Notes: generated by a model not told the origin, from the sequence alone. A DNA stretch of 64,000 nt from Nitrosopumilaceae archaeon (GCA_965208905.1 OZ242365.1:2016001-2080000), one strand, 5' to 3'. Counted from the stretch's first letter, positions 9,934-20,643 are shown. Numbers and translations: made by a program.

Positions 9934-12909
9934 TCACTCAGATAAAACTGATGGACAGATATTCCTGTATGGACAAAACATACACACACTCTTACTAGGT
10001 TTGGCAGTAAAGTCTTCGGCGATTATACTCTTAGCGGCCTCTTGTACTATCTCAAGGCCGCTTTGTAGTGACTGCTCATCTACCATATAGTCCCGAAATG
10101 TATCTTTTTCCAGATAGTAGAGTGAGACTTTGGTTGGCAATGAACCATACTTATCTTTGATAGCAGCTGCATAGATGTTGGTCTGTGGATGAGTTGTGAT
10201 CTCTTTTTTTGATATTATACTTTTGCCAGTCTTGAAGTCCACCACGATATAATTGCCGTCAGCATCAGTCTCAATCCTGTCTATTCTGCCCGTGTACGTT
10301 ATTTTGTCTATTATAATCTTAAACTTAACTTCGGAGCCAATCAGTGTATTTTTAGAACTGTCATTCCAAGCGACATAACGGTCTATTATATCATCCAATG
10401 TACTATAGACATTCTCAAATGTTGGTCTGTCATGCATGTAACGAACGGCATCCATCTTCTCTTTGACTTTAGTTTTAATCTTGGCGATATTAGGTTCACG
10501 TTTATCTAGTTGATCATTTGCCAGTTGCTCTATGGCGTCATGTATTATACTCCCTTTGGTCAGATGTATGGAGGGTTTTTGGGGTACCTTTAAGATTTCA
10601 CGATACTTGAACTGCAGTGGACATTTTTGATATGGCTCTATAGTAGTGGCAGACAGGGTCAGGTTGTTGCCATAAACTAATCGACCCTTGGGTTGCGGAG
10701 GTAGACCCATCCTGGGCATGTTCACATCTAAAAGCAGGCCAGGATCAAAACCATCATTGGTGCCGTTCTCTCTTAGATGTAACATTTCAGCCATATGTAG
10801 TACATTATGGATGGCCGCCCCCGGACGGGATTCACGTATGGCTTTACACGCATCTTCCTGAATGCGAAATATCTCTGCATCAAGTTCATCTTTGGGTGGC
10901 AGGCTGTTTTGTAGAGTTCCTACATGTTCTATTATATCGATATACGGATTGCTCCGAAAAGAGACATCATCCAAGAATACAGACGGCAGTCTCTCTTTTT
11001 TGGCGTCCTTGGCTTGTTTAGGATACGTCAGGTATAGCATATCTTTTGCCCTAGTCATTGCCACGTACAATAAATGCCGTTGCTCAAGCATGTACGCCTC
11101 TTCTAGGTCCCGTACTCGTCCTTTACCCTTCAATAATTCTTGTGGTATTTCAAATTCATCAGGTTTGTATTTGCCAGGTAGATTATCATCGTACAGGCCA
11201 GTCACAAAGACGACATCAAACTCTTTGCCCTTGCTCTTGTGTATGGTCATGATATTTATCGCATCAGCAGTGTCCACATAGTCATGTTCTCCATCACCCG
11301 TAGAGTCATCAGCAAGATCCAGATACGCTATAAAGTCTGACAGTCCAATGTTATAGTGCTTGGTGTAATCTTCTGCTATATGATATAGTCTATTTAGTAT
11401 GTTCACATTTCTGACAGAGTCCGCTGATTCAGTGTTGGCATTTTTTTTATAAACGTCTGTATACTCGATCATTATTTTGTATAACACCTCCAATACTGTT
11501 GCCGATTTTGCCTCATCTGCCAATCTGTGTAGTCGGGATCCAATCTCTTGAATTTCGGCATCCTGGTCCGAACCCGAATAGTCCTCAAGTATAGAGAATA
11601 CGCCATCGGTGGATTCATCTTTGTTGTAACGAGCTTTTGTATTCAAGGCGCGAATATTATGTTCGTATATGCCATCAATCTTTAGTATGTGGGATATCTC
11701 AAGTCCGGATGTGTGTGGCGAGTTAGCTATTTTGAGTAGAGATATTATTTGGGCAACCAATGTATTGTGTAGTATATTGCCAATACCCGCCAAAGTAGTG
11801 GGAATTCCATTATACCTAAGTGTCTCGGCAAATTTTTGACATTGCAGATTGGTTCTGCACAGTATGGCTATACTTTTGGATGATACGTCTAGCCCTTTGA
11901 TGGTATCTGCAACAAATTGATGCTCGGCCTCCTCGTTGAATGCGGCCACCACCATAACCGGCTCACCCTCGCCTTTTGTTACGTGCATATCTTTGAGTTT
12001 TGTTGCCGCATCTGCCTTCAACAGTTGAGTCGATACAGCAGATATATTATCAGAACATCTGTAGTTTTGAGTCAGCATGACAGAGTTCTGGTTCTTGTAT
12101 CTGTCAGTGAACTCTTCAAATATGCCACCAAAGGCTCCCTGAAAGCCCATTATGGATTGGTCTTCATCGCCTACAACTGTAATGTTGTCAGAGGTAGCAA
12201 GTAGACTTGCCAGCATAAACTGCGCATAGTTATTGTCCTGAAACTCATCAACCAAGACGTATCGAAATTTTTCCCCATAGTATTTCAGCATTTGAGAGTC
12301 TTGTTCTAAATATTTGACTGTCATTACCACCATATCCTCATAATCGATAAGATTCTTCTCTAGTTTGTATTTGTCATAAGCGCGATACACCTTTAGTAGT
12401 TCTTTGAGTTGTGGAGCATCGTTATCTTTGATATGCATCTCCAAGTCTTCATCAGATATCATCTCGCGTTTTGCCAAACGGATGGCATTTAGTATCTTTA
12501 AGCATGTCTTTTGGAGACTTCGGCTCAGATTTATTACGTCTTCATCAATATTCAGGCTCTCTATATTTCGATAACACCAAGCCAATCGGGCCATCTCACC
12601 AAATATTATAGTGTCATCGGATATGCTGGTTGTGATACTATTACTTTTTAGTATCTCCAGGCAGAGAGCATGCATCGTGCCAACCCAAACGTCACCCACA
12701 CCTTTTTCGTGTAGTCGCCGGCGCATCTCATCGGCGGCCTTGTCAGTAAACGTCATGCAGAGTATCGAATCCTGGGAAACACCCTGCTCCACTAGTGCGA
12801 CCACCTTTCCAACTATTACACGTGTCTTTCCAGAGCCCGGGCCGGCCTTTACCTGTAGTGGTCCATACAGATGTGAGACTGCAACTCTTTGGGAATCATC
12901 AAGTTCCAT
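9934..12909 (-). CDS. UvrD/PcrA-type SF1 helicase fused to C-terminal PD-(D/E)XK nuclease with Fe-S cysteines (AdnAB/AddB-like)
   Basis: AGPGSGKT, VDEFQD, GDEDQSI, TIHKSKGKEF, YVAMTRA; C-terminal QKCP...GRIDRI...DFKTG...CMFCPYRNIC. Probable start ATG 12909 (MELDDSQ). Confidence 0.9.
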   Translation of the reverse strand: MELDDSQRVAVSHLYGPLQVKAGPGSGKTRVIVGKVVALVEQGVSQDSILCMTFTDKAADEMRRRLHEKGVGDVWVGTMHALCLEILKSNSITTSISDDTIIFGEMARLAWCYRNIESLNIDEDVINLSRSLQKTCLKILNAIRLAKREMISDEDLEMHIKDNDAPQLKELLKVYRAYDKYKLEKNLIDYEDMVVMTVKYLEQDSQMLKYYGEKFRYVLVDEFQDNNYAQFMLASLLATSDNITVVGDEDQSIMGFQGAFGGIFEEFTDRYKNQNSVMLTQNYRCSDNISAVSTQLLKADAATKLKDMHVTKGEGEPVMVVAAFNEEAEHQFVADTIKGLDVSSKSIAILCRTNLQCQKFAETLRYNGIPTTLAGIGNILHNTLVAQIISLLKIANSPHTSGLEISHILKIDGIYEHNIRALNTKARYNKDESTDGVFSILEDYSGSDQDAEIQEIGSRLHRLADEAKSATVLEVLYKIMIEYTDVYKKNANTESADSVRNVNILNRLYHIAEDYTKHYNIGLSDFIAYLDLADDSTGDGEHDYVDTADAINIMTIHKSKGKEFDVVFVTGLYDDNLPGKYKPDEFEIPQELLKGKGRVRDLEEAYMLEQRHLLYVAMTRAKDMLYLTYPKQAKDAKKERLPSVFLDDVSFRSNPYIDIIEHVGTLQNSLPPKDELDAEIFRIQEDACKAIRESRPGAAIHNVLHMAEMLHLRENGTNDGFDPGLLLDVNMPRMGLPPQPKGRLVYGNNLTLSATTIEPYQKCPLQFKYREILKVPQKPSIHLTKGSIIHDAIEQLANDQLDKREPNIAKIKTKVKEKMDAVRYMHDRPTFENVYSTLDDIIDRYVAWNDSSKNTLIGSEVKFKIIIDKITYTGRIDRIETDADGNYIVVDFKTGKSIISKKEITTHPQTNIYAAAIKDKYGSLPTKVSLYYLEKDTFRDYMVDEQSLQSGLEIVQEAAKSIIAEDFTAKPSKSVCMFCPYRNICPSVLSE

Positions 12910-13036
12910 CACATGGTGCTTAAAAAGACAGCATATTAAACACGTCGATGTGTAGTGTAGTAGCATCAAGAGTGTAGATACTAATTTCTTTACAACCAAT
13001 AGGTTTTTAAGGAAAGTATAATGCGATTAAGGCATA

Positions 13037-13201
13037 ATGAGTAGTAAAAAAAGTGCTCCGCTACCGGCATCAAGCGGCGGCTTGATGAGATTCTTTGAGG
13101 ATGAGACTAAGGGGTTTAAGGTTGATCCGCTCATAGTGGTCTCCATTCCAGTAAGTTTGATTACGGTATCATGGATGATACACATATTCCTGGCGCCCTG
13201 A
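13037..13201 (+). CDS. secG: Preprotein translocase subunit Sec61beta
   Basis: Manual translation MSSKKSAPLPASSGGLMRFFEDETKGFKVDPLIVVSIPVSLITVSWMIHIFLAP; GLMRFFED motif plus one TM. Confidence 0.9.
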   Translation: MSSKKSAPLPASSGGLMRFFEDETKGFKVDPLIVVSIPVSLITVSWMIHIFLAP

Positions 13202-13207
13202 CCTAAG

Positions 13208-14935
13208 ATGCAAACATCAACTGACGATGTATCAAAGCTGCAAGGGCGTTACTCCCTTACTCTGCTGACTCCTTCATCAAGATACTTTTCACTCTGTCTA
13301 TCCATAGGAATGGTAGGAGCGCTGGTAGTCATATCGACAGTATGGTATATGAACCTGCAAGAATATTGGCGCATAGGTGCGGCGATTGGAGTACTGCTGG
13401 TAACACAGTATGTTGACTCTAGATTTATCAAAAACAAAGAGTACTCAAAGGCGCTACACGCCTCGGCATTTGGATGTTGTGTTTGGATGTTATCTTTATT
13501 GATGGGAGTTGTGACATCAGCCATAACTGGAAAGGAGCTACAGTCTTTCTTTGTGGTGATGGGGATGTTGCTATTTGCTAGTTTTCGTATAGGGATATAC
13601 ACCACAGTGCTGGGATGCTCAATTGGTCGCGCGTGGGCCATCTGTCTGATACAGCCTCTGGCCATATTTGCTGTCATGATACCTCCAGACATGTGGGGGG
13701 CAGTATTGTCTGATCCCGCATCTTTAGGGTATGGTATTACATATTTGGGATGTGCCACGGCATGGTCGGTACTCACCGATCGCTCTGGGAGGCCTGACTT
13801 GAAGAGTACACATGTAATGGTGCAGGCATATGTAGCATCGCAGGGTGGTCGACAGCAAGACATAGAGAGCATGATGGAGGAGAGCTCAAACAAGTCAAGC
13901 GTGCGGACTACGCTTCTTCGGTTTGGTGGTACAGATGGGTTTGCGCTTGTATTTCCAGAGATACATCCAGGTCCATATCATCCCGTCGGAGGCAGCAACA
14001 TCACCTACAAAATATACGAAAAGTTAAACTCACGAGCCATGGTCATGCATACGATATCAGATCATGCACTCAATCTACCATCCCAGTTTCAAGTAGACGC
14101 ATACCTAAAGAGTCTTGACAGTATGCAGATACAAAATAGTGGAGACAGGTGCTCAGAGCCTGTTGTGATATACAAAGGCAAGACACGAGTGACAGGTATA
14201 GCTTTTGGGAAGAACCCCGTGTTGTTCATGTCCATGTCGCCATACGGTATGGAAGATTTGCCCAGTATAATCAAGACTGAATCAGACAAGTATGCTCAGG
14301 CGATGGGATTTGGTCATGTCATGTTGGTGGATTGCCATAATGCCATGGGTCCTGTAATACCAGACAAAGAGTTGGAGAATATGTTAGATGCGGCTAGAGA
14401 GTGTCTAGAGCAGTTAGCAAAGAAAGAGCAGTATCCATTTGAGGTGGGCTATAGTAACGCAGATGATACGAAGGTTCAATCTGAAGATATGGGTATGGCA
14501 GGGTTGGGCATGGCATGTATAAGACTTAATGATGCACGGTACTATATCGGATGGGCCGATGCAAACAATATGAATAATGGTACGCGGGAGAGAGTGGTTG
14601 CCGATTTTGCAAAGGCCAAACGCGACCTGTTGGAGGTGTGCACATCTGATACGCACTTTGCACCAGTTAAGGCAAAGAACAGTCAGGGATACTATCAACT
14701 TGGTTTAATGGCCGGTGATGAGAAGGTATCAGGATGGTTTCTGGAGATGGCCAAAAAAACAGATAAGGATGTATCTGCTAAAAAGTTTGACATATTCAGC
14801 AGTGATACTGAACTGTTACTGATGGGCTCAAAGATATTTGAGTCATATTCAAAGGCCATGGACAAGTCCATGAATCTGGTAAAGATATTCATGATTGGAT
14901 GTTCGGCACTGTTCCTGACTACTTTATTGATTTGA
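13208..14935 (+). CDS. DUF2070-family membrane protein
   Basis: N-terminal multi-TM region; HPGP..VGGSN, DCHN and TSDTH motifs; follows sec61beta. Confidence 0.8.
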   Translation: MQTSTDDVSKLQGRYSLTLLTPSSRYFSLCLSIGMVGALVVISTVWYMNLQEYWRIGAAIGVLLVTQYVDSRFIKNKEYSKALHASAFGCCVWMLSLLMGVVTSAITGKELQSFFVVMGMLLFASFRIGIYTTVLGCSIGRAWAICLIQPLAIFAVMIPPDMWGAVLSDPASLGYGITYLGCATAWSVLTDRSGRPDLKSTHVMVQAYVASQGGRQQDIESMMEESSNKSSVRTTLLRFGGTDGFALVFPEIHPGPYHPVGGSNITYKIYEKLNSRAMVMHTISDHALNLPSQFQVDAYLKSLDSMQIQNSGDRCSEPVVIYKGKTRVTGIAFGKNPVLFMSMSPYGMEDLPSIIKTESDKYAQAMGFGHVMLVDCHNAMGPVIPDKELENMLDAARECLEQLAKKEQYPFEVGYSNADDTKVQSEDMGMAGLGMACIRLNDARYYIGWADANNMNNGTRERVVADFAKAKRDLLEVCTSDTHFAPVKAKNSQGYYQLGLMAGDEKVSGWFLEMAKKTDKDVSAKKFDIFSSDTELLLMGSKIFESYSKAMDKSMNLVKIFMIGCSALFLTTLLI

Positions 14936-15536
14936 TGTGTTCTATATTACCAAAGAAGTCTTCTGTGAATGATCTAAACTTCGATATCGGTATTATGGGA
15001 ACATCATGCATGGTAAAGCGTTCTTGATGTATTGTAACTATGACTGGTACGGCAGTCATTTTGTGAAGGGTGGTCCACTGTTCTGCCCGAAGGGTCTGTT
15101 TTGTTGCTACTGTATATGGCACATCTCGCCGCCAATGTTTACAGTCTATCAGTAAGGCAGTGTTCATCTTTATGCCAACAACATCAATCTCTGAGCGTGG
15201 ACTCTTCATCATGAGATTATATTGTACATCAAAACCCTCAGATTCAAGTATACGTCCGGTCAATCCCTCAAAGTCTCGCCAGTCAAGATATGTTGTCACA
15301 TCACGGATGGATATTCCTCTCTGTATGAGAATTATTCCGGCCTCCAATCGGCTACCTGTATTGTATACATAATTACAATCATCGCATACATCTCCGACTC
15401 CCCGCTGATGCCACCACTCCATCATGTTGATGGCAGAGTTTGTGGATACTTTTGTTGTGTCTGCAAACTCTTCGGACGATATCTTGCCCGGTACAATTCC
15501 ACCAAGGCTGGACAGTAAGTTTATGTCGGTTATCAT
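14919..15536 (-). CDS. PD-(D/E)XK restriction-endonuclease-like (Mrr-cat/NERD-like) protein
   Basis: LDWRDFEG...EIDVVG...IDCKHW. Confidence 0.7.
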   Translation of the reverse strand: MITDINLLSSLGGIVPGKISSEEFADTTKVSTNSAINMMEWWHQRGVGDVCDDCNYVYNTGSRLEAGIILIQRGISIRDVTTYLDWRDFEGLTGRILESEGFDVQYNLMMKSPRSEIDVVGIKMNTALLIDCKHWRRDVPYTVATKQTLRAEQWTTLHKMTAVPVIVTIHQERFTMHDVPIIPISKFRSFTEDFFGNIEHIKSIK

Positions 15537-15696
15537 GTGTGTGACAGTATGATTTTGGGTTTTATATCATTGTGGCGTACATCTAGCCAGACTCTACAAA
15601 TACAGGGTATCGCTTTTCCAAAGTCCAACTATCAATTGTACAATTAAAAGTAGTTTAGATCATAATATAACTTAGGAGTACTCACCGCACAAGAAC

Positions 15697-16740
15697 TCTA
15701 TTGTGCGGAAATTAGTTCGCCCTAACTTTAGACTGCCAACCAAAGAATATTTTAGTCTATATAGATCACGCAAACCCATGAGAGTCAATCTGACACAGAA
15801 GCAGATAGATTATATCATTCGACAATGCAGGAAAGGTAGTAGTACATCACACATTGCTACAGAGATGAAGATTAGCCAGAGACGCGTACAACAACTCTGG
15901 GCAATGTATCGTGCAACGGGCAAGATTCCCACACTACAAATGCCAGGCAGACCCAAGATTCCTCCCACCGAGGAGCAAACCAACGTCGTACTAGCAGCAC
16001 ATCGTATAATGCCAGCAGGCGTCACAAGGATCACCAAGTACTTAAATCACAAGGGCATACAAATAAGTGAAAAAACGGTATACACAATCATGAAAGAAAA
16101 CAATATGGTCACTCCATCTGCAGCAAAATCGCGCAGGCGTAAATGGATACGCTATGAGCGCAGATACTCCAATGCGATGTGGCATACGGACTGGCATGCG
16201 ATGAAAGATCCACGTTTTCAAGGCTACCAATTAATCACATATCTTGATGATGCGTCAAGATGTGTGGTTGGAGCCATGATATTCAAGGGGGCCACATCCG
16301 AGAACGCGGTAACAGTCCTGCAAAATAGCATTGTTGAGTTTGGAACCCCGGCCACCATACTCTCCGACAACGGATCGTGCTTTGTGGGTGTGAGAAGAAA
16401 GATTCCTGCAAAATCATGGACCCCCACTATATTTGAGGCAGAGCTGCTTGACCGGGGTATTGAGTTGATCAACACCCGCCCCTACCACCCACAAACAAAC
16501 GGCAAGCTTGAACGGTTCCACCGCACCTTGGAAGAAGAACTATGTCATTTTGGCAGCCTAGCGGAGTTTGTCGCGTACTACAACGAGGTGCGACTGCACT
16601 GGTCTTTAGACATAAACAATGGCGAGACCCCGCTACAGGCATTTCACAACAAAAAAGTACCAGATGATGTCAGGAAGAGTGACTTAGAATGGATGGAGAG
16701 GGACACCGATGACTAGGCGAAATAATTTCGACATAATACA
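15697..16740 (+). mobile_element. IS481-family insertion sequence
   Basis: Imperfect 25-bp TIRs TCTATTGTGCGGAAATTAGTTCGCC (15697-15721) and GGCGAAATAATTTCGACATAATACA (16716-16740); no TSD seen. Confidence 0.85.
15778..16716 (+). CDS. IS481-family transposase (HTH plus rve integrase core)
   Basis: WHTD, YLDDASR, ILSDNG, HPQTNGKLERFHRTL; ATG at 15778 lies inside the TIR boundaries. Confidence 0.9.
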   Translation: MRVNLTQKQIDYIIRQCRKGSSTSHIATEMKISQRRVQQLWAMYRATGKIPTLQMPGRPKIPPTEEQTNVVLAAHRIMPAGVTRITKYLNHKGIQISEKTVYTIMKENNMVTPSAAKSRRRKWIRYERRYSNAMWHTDWHAMKDPRFQGYQLITYLDDASRCVVGAMIFKGATSENAVTVLQNSIVEFGTPATILSDNGSCFVGVRRKIPAKSWTPTIFEAELLDRGIELINTRPYHPQTNGKLERFHRTLEEELCHFGSLAEFVAYYNEVRLHWSLDINNGETPLQAFHNKKVPDDVRKSDLEWMERDTDD

Positions 16741-17222
16741 CCCATTATTGGTAACAAAAACCCTTAATTTATCGTCTAACACATGCATCAGTGTTTTCAC
16801 GCACGATCAACTTCAAAAAGCGAAACATCCACTCTAAGAGATTATGTATATTCGGACAAGACTGCGTCATCCGGTTCCTCTTGCAAGGACTGGTGGCTGT
16901 TCTAAATATGTCAGACCTAGACCACAATCCGGCCCAAGCCGGGAATGGGTAGGCAGTCTAGATGTATTTTGGACTAGTTTTTTACAAAGTCCCACCAGAG
17001 TTGGTCGGATCTTGGTATCTGATGTGTTGTAGGATGGCGTGAGGTGTGCCGTGCTGACGCTGGCAGATATCTTCAAGTACGCGTTGTGGGTGGCCGCGAT
17101 CGACAGCGTGACCATCCTGCGCGTCGCGACTGCCGGCGCGGACTTCCATATCGGCAGGCTTTTGCACCAGAACCCGGAGTTGGTGCGTGGCTTGCGGCGC
17201 GTGGCAAGACCAGACAGACCAG

Positions 17223-17900
17223 CTACAGCTCGAATGATACATGAAAGGTCGTACTTGCGGCAAGATTGTCCGAGTCGTCATACAACAGAATCAGATACTG
17301 GCCGGATGTGTGGTACCCGCCTACATACACACCAAAGAAGTCGTCCACAACCCACATGTCAGCCCACTCCACTACATCCCCAAAGTGATCCAACACAAAC
17401 ATCTCCAACCAACCGTTGTAGGACACCCAGTAAAAGCCGTCTAGGTAGACAAGATCTCCGGGAGAGTATTAGATTTCATCGGCAAATATCACCGCATCAT
17501 CCACGCCCGATATCTCAAATGAGTTGTCCTCCATCCAATCATGCTCATCATAAAGCCACACCGTGTATGTGCCGGCCGGATACAATCCAATGAAAAACTC
17601 CCCTATTACAACTTCGGTGCAAACCAGTATGACATCCGCCACATCGCCGTACTGGTAGGCCAGATAGAGAGACAGTAACTCTTCATGATCTCCTGCATAT
17701 ATCCCGTCGACCAGTATCACTCCCCCCTCCTTATACTGATTAAGATCTGTGAGTGTGGCCCCAATATGGTATTCGTCGGATACATCTTGATCCGGTTGTG
17801 AAATTGCAGGTTCGCCGCCCTGGTGGTCATTCAGGGTGAATTTTTCACCACGTGTAATGTGGTTGTTGGGGTTCTGTAACCCGTCAGTCCCGCATACGGC
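17223..17900 (-). pseudogene. Decayed surface protein with tandem Ig-like beta-sandwich repeats
   Basis: ORFs 17469-18068 and 17223-17426 are in the same frame, separated by one TAA (17469-17471): ...FADEI*YSPGDLVYLDGFYWVSYNG... The two repeats share Y..G..V..DG and G.Y...LYD..D. The 5' end is unclear. Confidence 0.55.
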
Positions 17901-17970
17901 TGCAACAGCGGCCAAATTTAGAACAGACGGTCTGGTGGAACTTATATTCAGCAGATAAGGATGACTGAGT

Positions 17971-18222
17971 GTGAGCGATGCAGTTACGGTAGATGATGAG
18001 GGGCCAAAGATCAAACCCGAACTGATGGAGCCAGAGCAAATATACCACTGCATATACAAAGATGTCATTCTATTATTCTTTGTAGATGAGCAGAAATTTT
18101 TAAACTGTTACGAGATAGCCGAGCCGGTTTTGGTCGAAAAGGTAAAGAATAGTGATACAGTGAACATAGAAGAGATGCTCAAAGAGTATTGCAATGCGCT
18201 GAAAAAAGATGCTCACAAATAG
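17971..18222 (+). CDS. Conserved hypothetical protein
   Basis: 83-aa ORF with protein-like composition (IYHCIYKDVILLFFVDEQKFLNCYEI). Confidence 0.75.
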   Translation: MSDAVTVDDEGPKIKPELMEPEQIYHCIYKDVILLFFVDEQKFLNCYEIAEPVLVEKVKNSDTVNIEEMLKEYCNALKKDAHK

Positions 18223-18581
18223 TGGATTCTTGTGTGTATATGATACTCTTCCTCATATTTGGTTAAAAACCCACAGTGTGGGCACGAAAACATGCCCGGA
18301 TCCGACTTAGAACCACGCTCCAATCTCTTACCGGCAATGGATCTTATGAAGATTTCATTCTGTACAGGAACGACATCAAAGTTATGAATCTCTCCCAGTG
18401 ATTCTAGATATTCACGTATTGCGGTCACCGCCAAATCTTTGTCGATGGGTTCATCATCCACAGGAGAGAGTATAAATTCAGATGTCTTTAGTGTGGGAAT
18501 GGCACCTATCTGATCAGAGACATATACTGCCAGCTCATGCCGTATGGACTTGACATCATCACAGTGTATAGTCAGCATCAT
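18213..18581 (-). CDS. C2H2-type zinc-finger protein
   Basis: C-terminal CPHCGFLTKYEEEYHIHTRIH. Confidence 0.82.
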   Translation of the reverse strand: MMLTIHCDDVKSIRHELAVYVSDQIGAIPTLKTSEFILSPVDDEPIDKDLAVTAIREYLESLGEIHNFDVVPVQNEIFIRSIAGKRLERGSKSDPGMFSCPHCGFLTKYEEEYHIHTRIHYL

Positions 18582-18631
18582 ACTACAATGGTTTACAATC
18601 AGCTAATTAATGCTTGCAAGATTAGATTCGC

Positions 18632-18801
18632 GTGCAAATGCAGGTGTTTTGCGCCTGGATGCGGAGAGGTCTTGTGTCAGATCCCCTGTGAACCATCAAG
18701 CATCTACCGGAGAACGGGATGCTCCATGTACAGTCGTTCTCTGGTGTGACATGTAAGGTGCGCGTCGGGAAATACCCGCGTTTGCACAAGAACCTTGGTT
18801 C
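18632..18801 (+). ncRNA. Candidate structured non-coding RNA, family unknown
   Basis: ~18-bp closing stem 18632-18649/18770-18787; GCGCCT/AGGTGC; GGATGC/GCATCT; ACCGGAGAACG/CGTTCTCTGGT; small hairpin GAACC/GGTTC 18790-18801. G-U pairs favour +. Confidence 0.55.
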
Positions 18802-19026
18802 AGTATACGATTATTTGTTATAGTTTATTCGGTTTTACTATAATAATGACGGGTATTATTGTAGCGCAGTATAACAAGACAATTACAAATTATAGAAAAC
18901 CGCCACATACTATAACAACAAAGACACTCAAGATGCAGAGCTACATATCTGCATGTAACATGTCAAGCCATAAGAACCCAAGATTACCGCCAATAGGTTA
19001 TATTTCACAACCATGACACTTCAATA

Positions 19027-20643
19027 ATGTTTGTTGAGAACTTCCGCCAGGGTGTCACACCCAGAGAGGGCCAAAAGTACATACTAAGCCAGATAGAGTC
19101 CCTGATCAAGTCCGGTCATACCCAGATTATAATATCAGCCCCCACAGGAATAGGTAAGAGTCACGTAGCAAAAGCCATAGCTGACACACTAGGCGAGGCA
19201 TTCATTATAACATCAACAAAACTACTACAAGACCAATACAAGAGCGACTTTATAGAATTAAAGTCTATAAAAGGCAAGTCCAACTTTGAGTGCCGCCAGC
19301 TCATGGAAAAGAGTCACATAGAGGACAAAGCCCGGGCACTTTTGAAGGGTCTGACTTGTGATAAAGGAAGATGTATCATAAAGGAGAATGGTAAAATAGT
19401 ATCAAGTTGCGAGTACAGGGAGCCTCGAGGTGATGGCAAGCAATGTGTATACTATAAACAGAAGGATGCAGGGCTGGCATACAACCAAACTATACTGAAT
19501 TATGCAATGTACTTTTATCTAAAGGCATACCAGTCGGATCTGCCAGGAGTAGATCGAAGGGTCATAATATTTGATGAAGCCCACACCATAGAGAACGAGG
19601 TTGTTCGGTTCATAGGGTATGATGTTTGGGGAAGTTATCTGATGGAGACCGGCCTTGATCAAAAAAATTTTGAGTTGGAGAGTATAGACGGTATGCTAGA
19701 CCTGCTAGAATCCCTACAGGTCGGATACAAAGATATGCTGCAACAAAACTCCAAGCCTAACACTCCAAAAGAGATAATGGCACAAAAACGTATGGAACAG
19801 CGACTTGATGGAATAGTTGCCGCCAGTAGGGAGATACGAACAAACTCTCAGAACTTTATAATGCAGGAGCCCGAGTTTGACAATCAAGGGTCGTTGCGGC
19901 GCGTCTCGGTCGCACCCCTGGACATATCCAGATATACAAAGGAGTTGTTCGACTCAGAGATACAAGTGTACATGTCAGCCACAATAGACAAAAAGAACTT
20001 TTCAAGGATTATGGGCTTTCAGGACTGTGGATTTATCGATGTACCAAAATCCCCGTTTCTGCCACAGAATCGTCGTATTGGATTTAATAACGTGGCCCGT
20101 CTGAGTAGCAGGTCTCCTGAATCTGATGATGTTGCAGTTGCCAAGGTAATAGACTCGATAATGGGTATGCATCCAGACTCCCGTGGGCTCATACTAACAT
20201 CTTCAAAGTATAGATGTCATAGTCTGCAGAAGCGGCTCAGCCCTGGGCAGGCCCGGCGCATACAGCTGGCACACAGCAAAAACGAAGACAACTCCACCAT
20301 AGATGAGGTACTAAAGTATCATTCTGAGATACCCAATGGAGTCTTGTTGTCATCTTCCCTCTGGCAGGGCATTGATCTCAAGGGAGACTTGTCCAGATTC
20401 CAGATTATAGAGAAATGTCCCTACCCATATCTAGGAGATAGACGTGTCAAGGCCAAGACCCGGGCAAATAGAAGTTGGTACATATATCAGACCATAATAA
20501 AATTACTGCAGGGGTTTGGAAGGAGTGTCCGAGATAGTGATGATTATGCCACCACATATGTGATGGACTCATCTGTGCAGTCACTGTTAAATCAGAACAA
20601 AGACATGATACCTGCTGCATACCATGATGTTTTGTTCTCATAG
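19027..20643 (+). CDS. XPD/Rad3/DinG-like Fe-S helicase
   Basis: APTGIGKS, DEAH, SAT, GIDL, QGFGRSVR; Cys cluster. Confidence 0.9.
   Translation: MFVENFRQGVTPREGQKYILSQIESLIKSGHTQIIISAPTGIGKSHVAKAIADTLGEAFIITSTKLLQDQYKSDFIELKSIKGKSNFECRQLMEKSHIEDKARALLKGLTCDKGRCIIKENGKIVSSCEYREPRGDGKQCVYYKQKDAGLAYNQTILNYAMYFYLKAYQSDLPGVDRRVIIFDEAHTIENEVVRFIGYDVWGSYLMETGLDQKNFELESIDGMLDLLESLQVGYKDMLQQNSKPNTPKEIMAQKRMEQRLDGIVAASREIRTNSQNFIMQEPEFDNQGSLRRVSVAPLDISRYTKELFDSEIQVYMSATIDKKNFSRIMGFQDCGFIDVPKSPFLPQNRRIGFNNVARLSSRSPESDDVAVAKVIDSIMGMHPDSRGLILTSSKYRCHSLQKRLSPGQARRIQLAHSKNEDNSTIDEVLKYHSEIPNGVLLSSSLWQGIDLKGDLSRFQIIEKCPYPYLGDRRVKAKTRANRSWYIYQTIIKLLQGFGRSVRDSDDYATTYVMDSSVQSLLNQNKDMIPAAYHDVLFS

Noticed and set aside
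9934-10650. Cas4-like nuclease suggesting a CRISPR locus
   Set aside because: It is the C-terminal domain of a UvrD helicase-nuclease fusion; no cas genes or arrays nearby.
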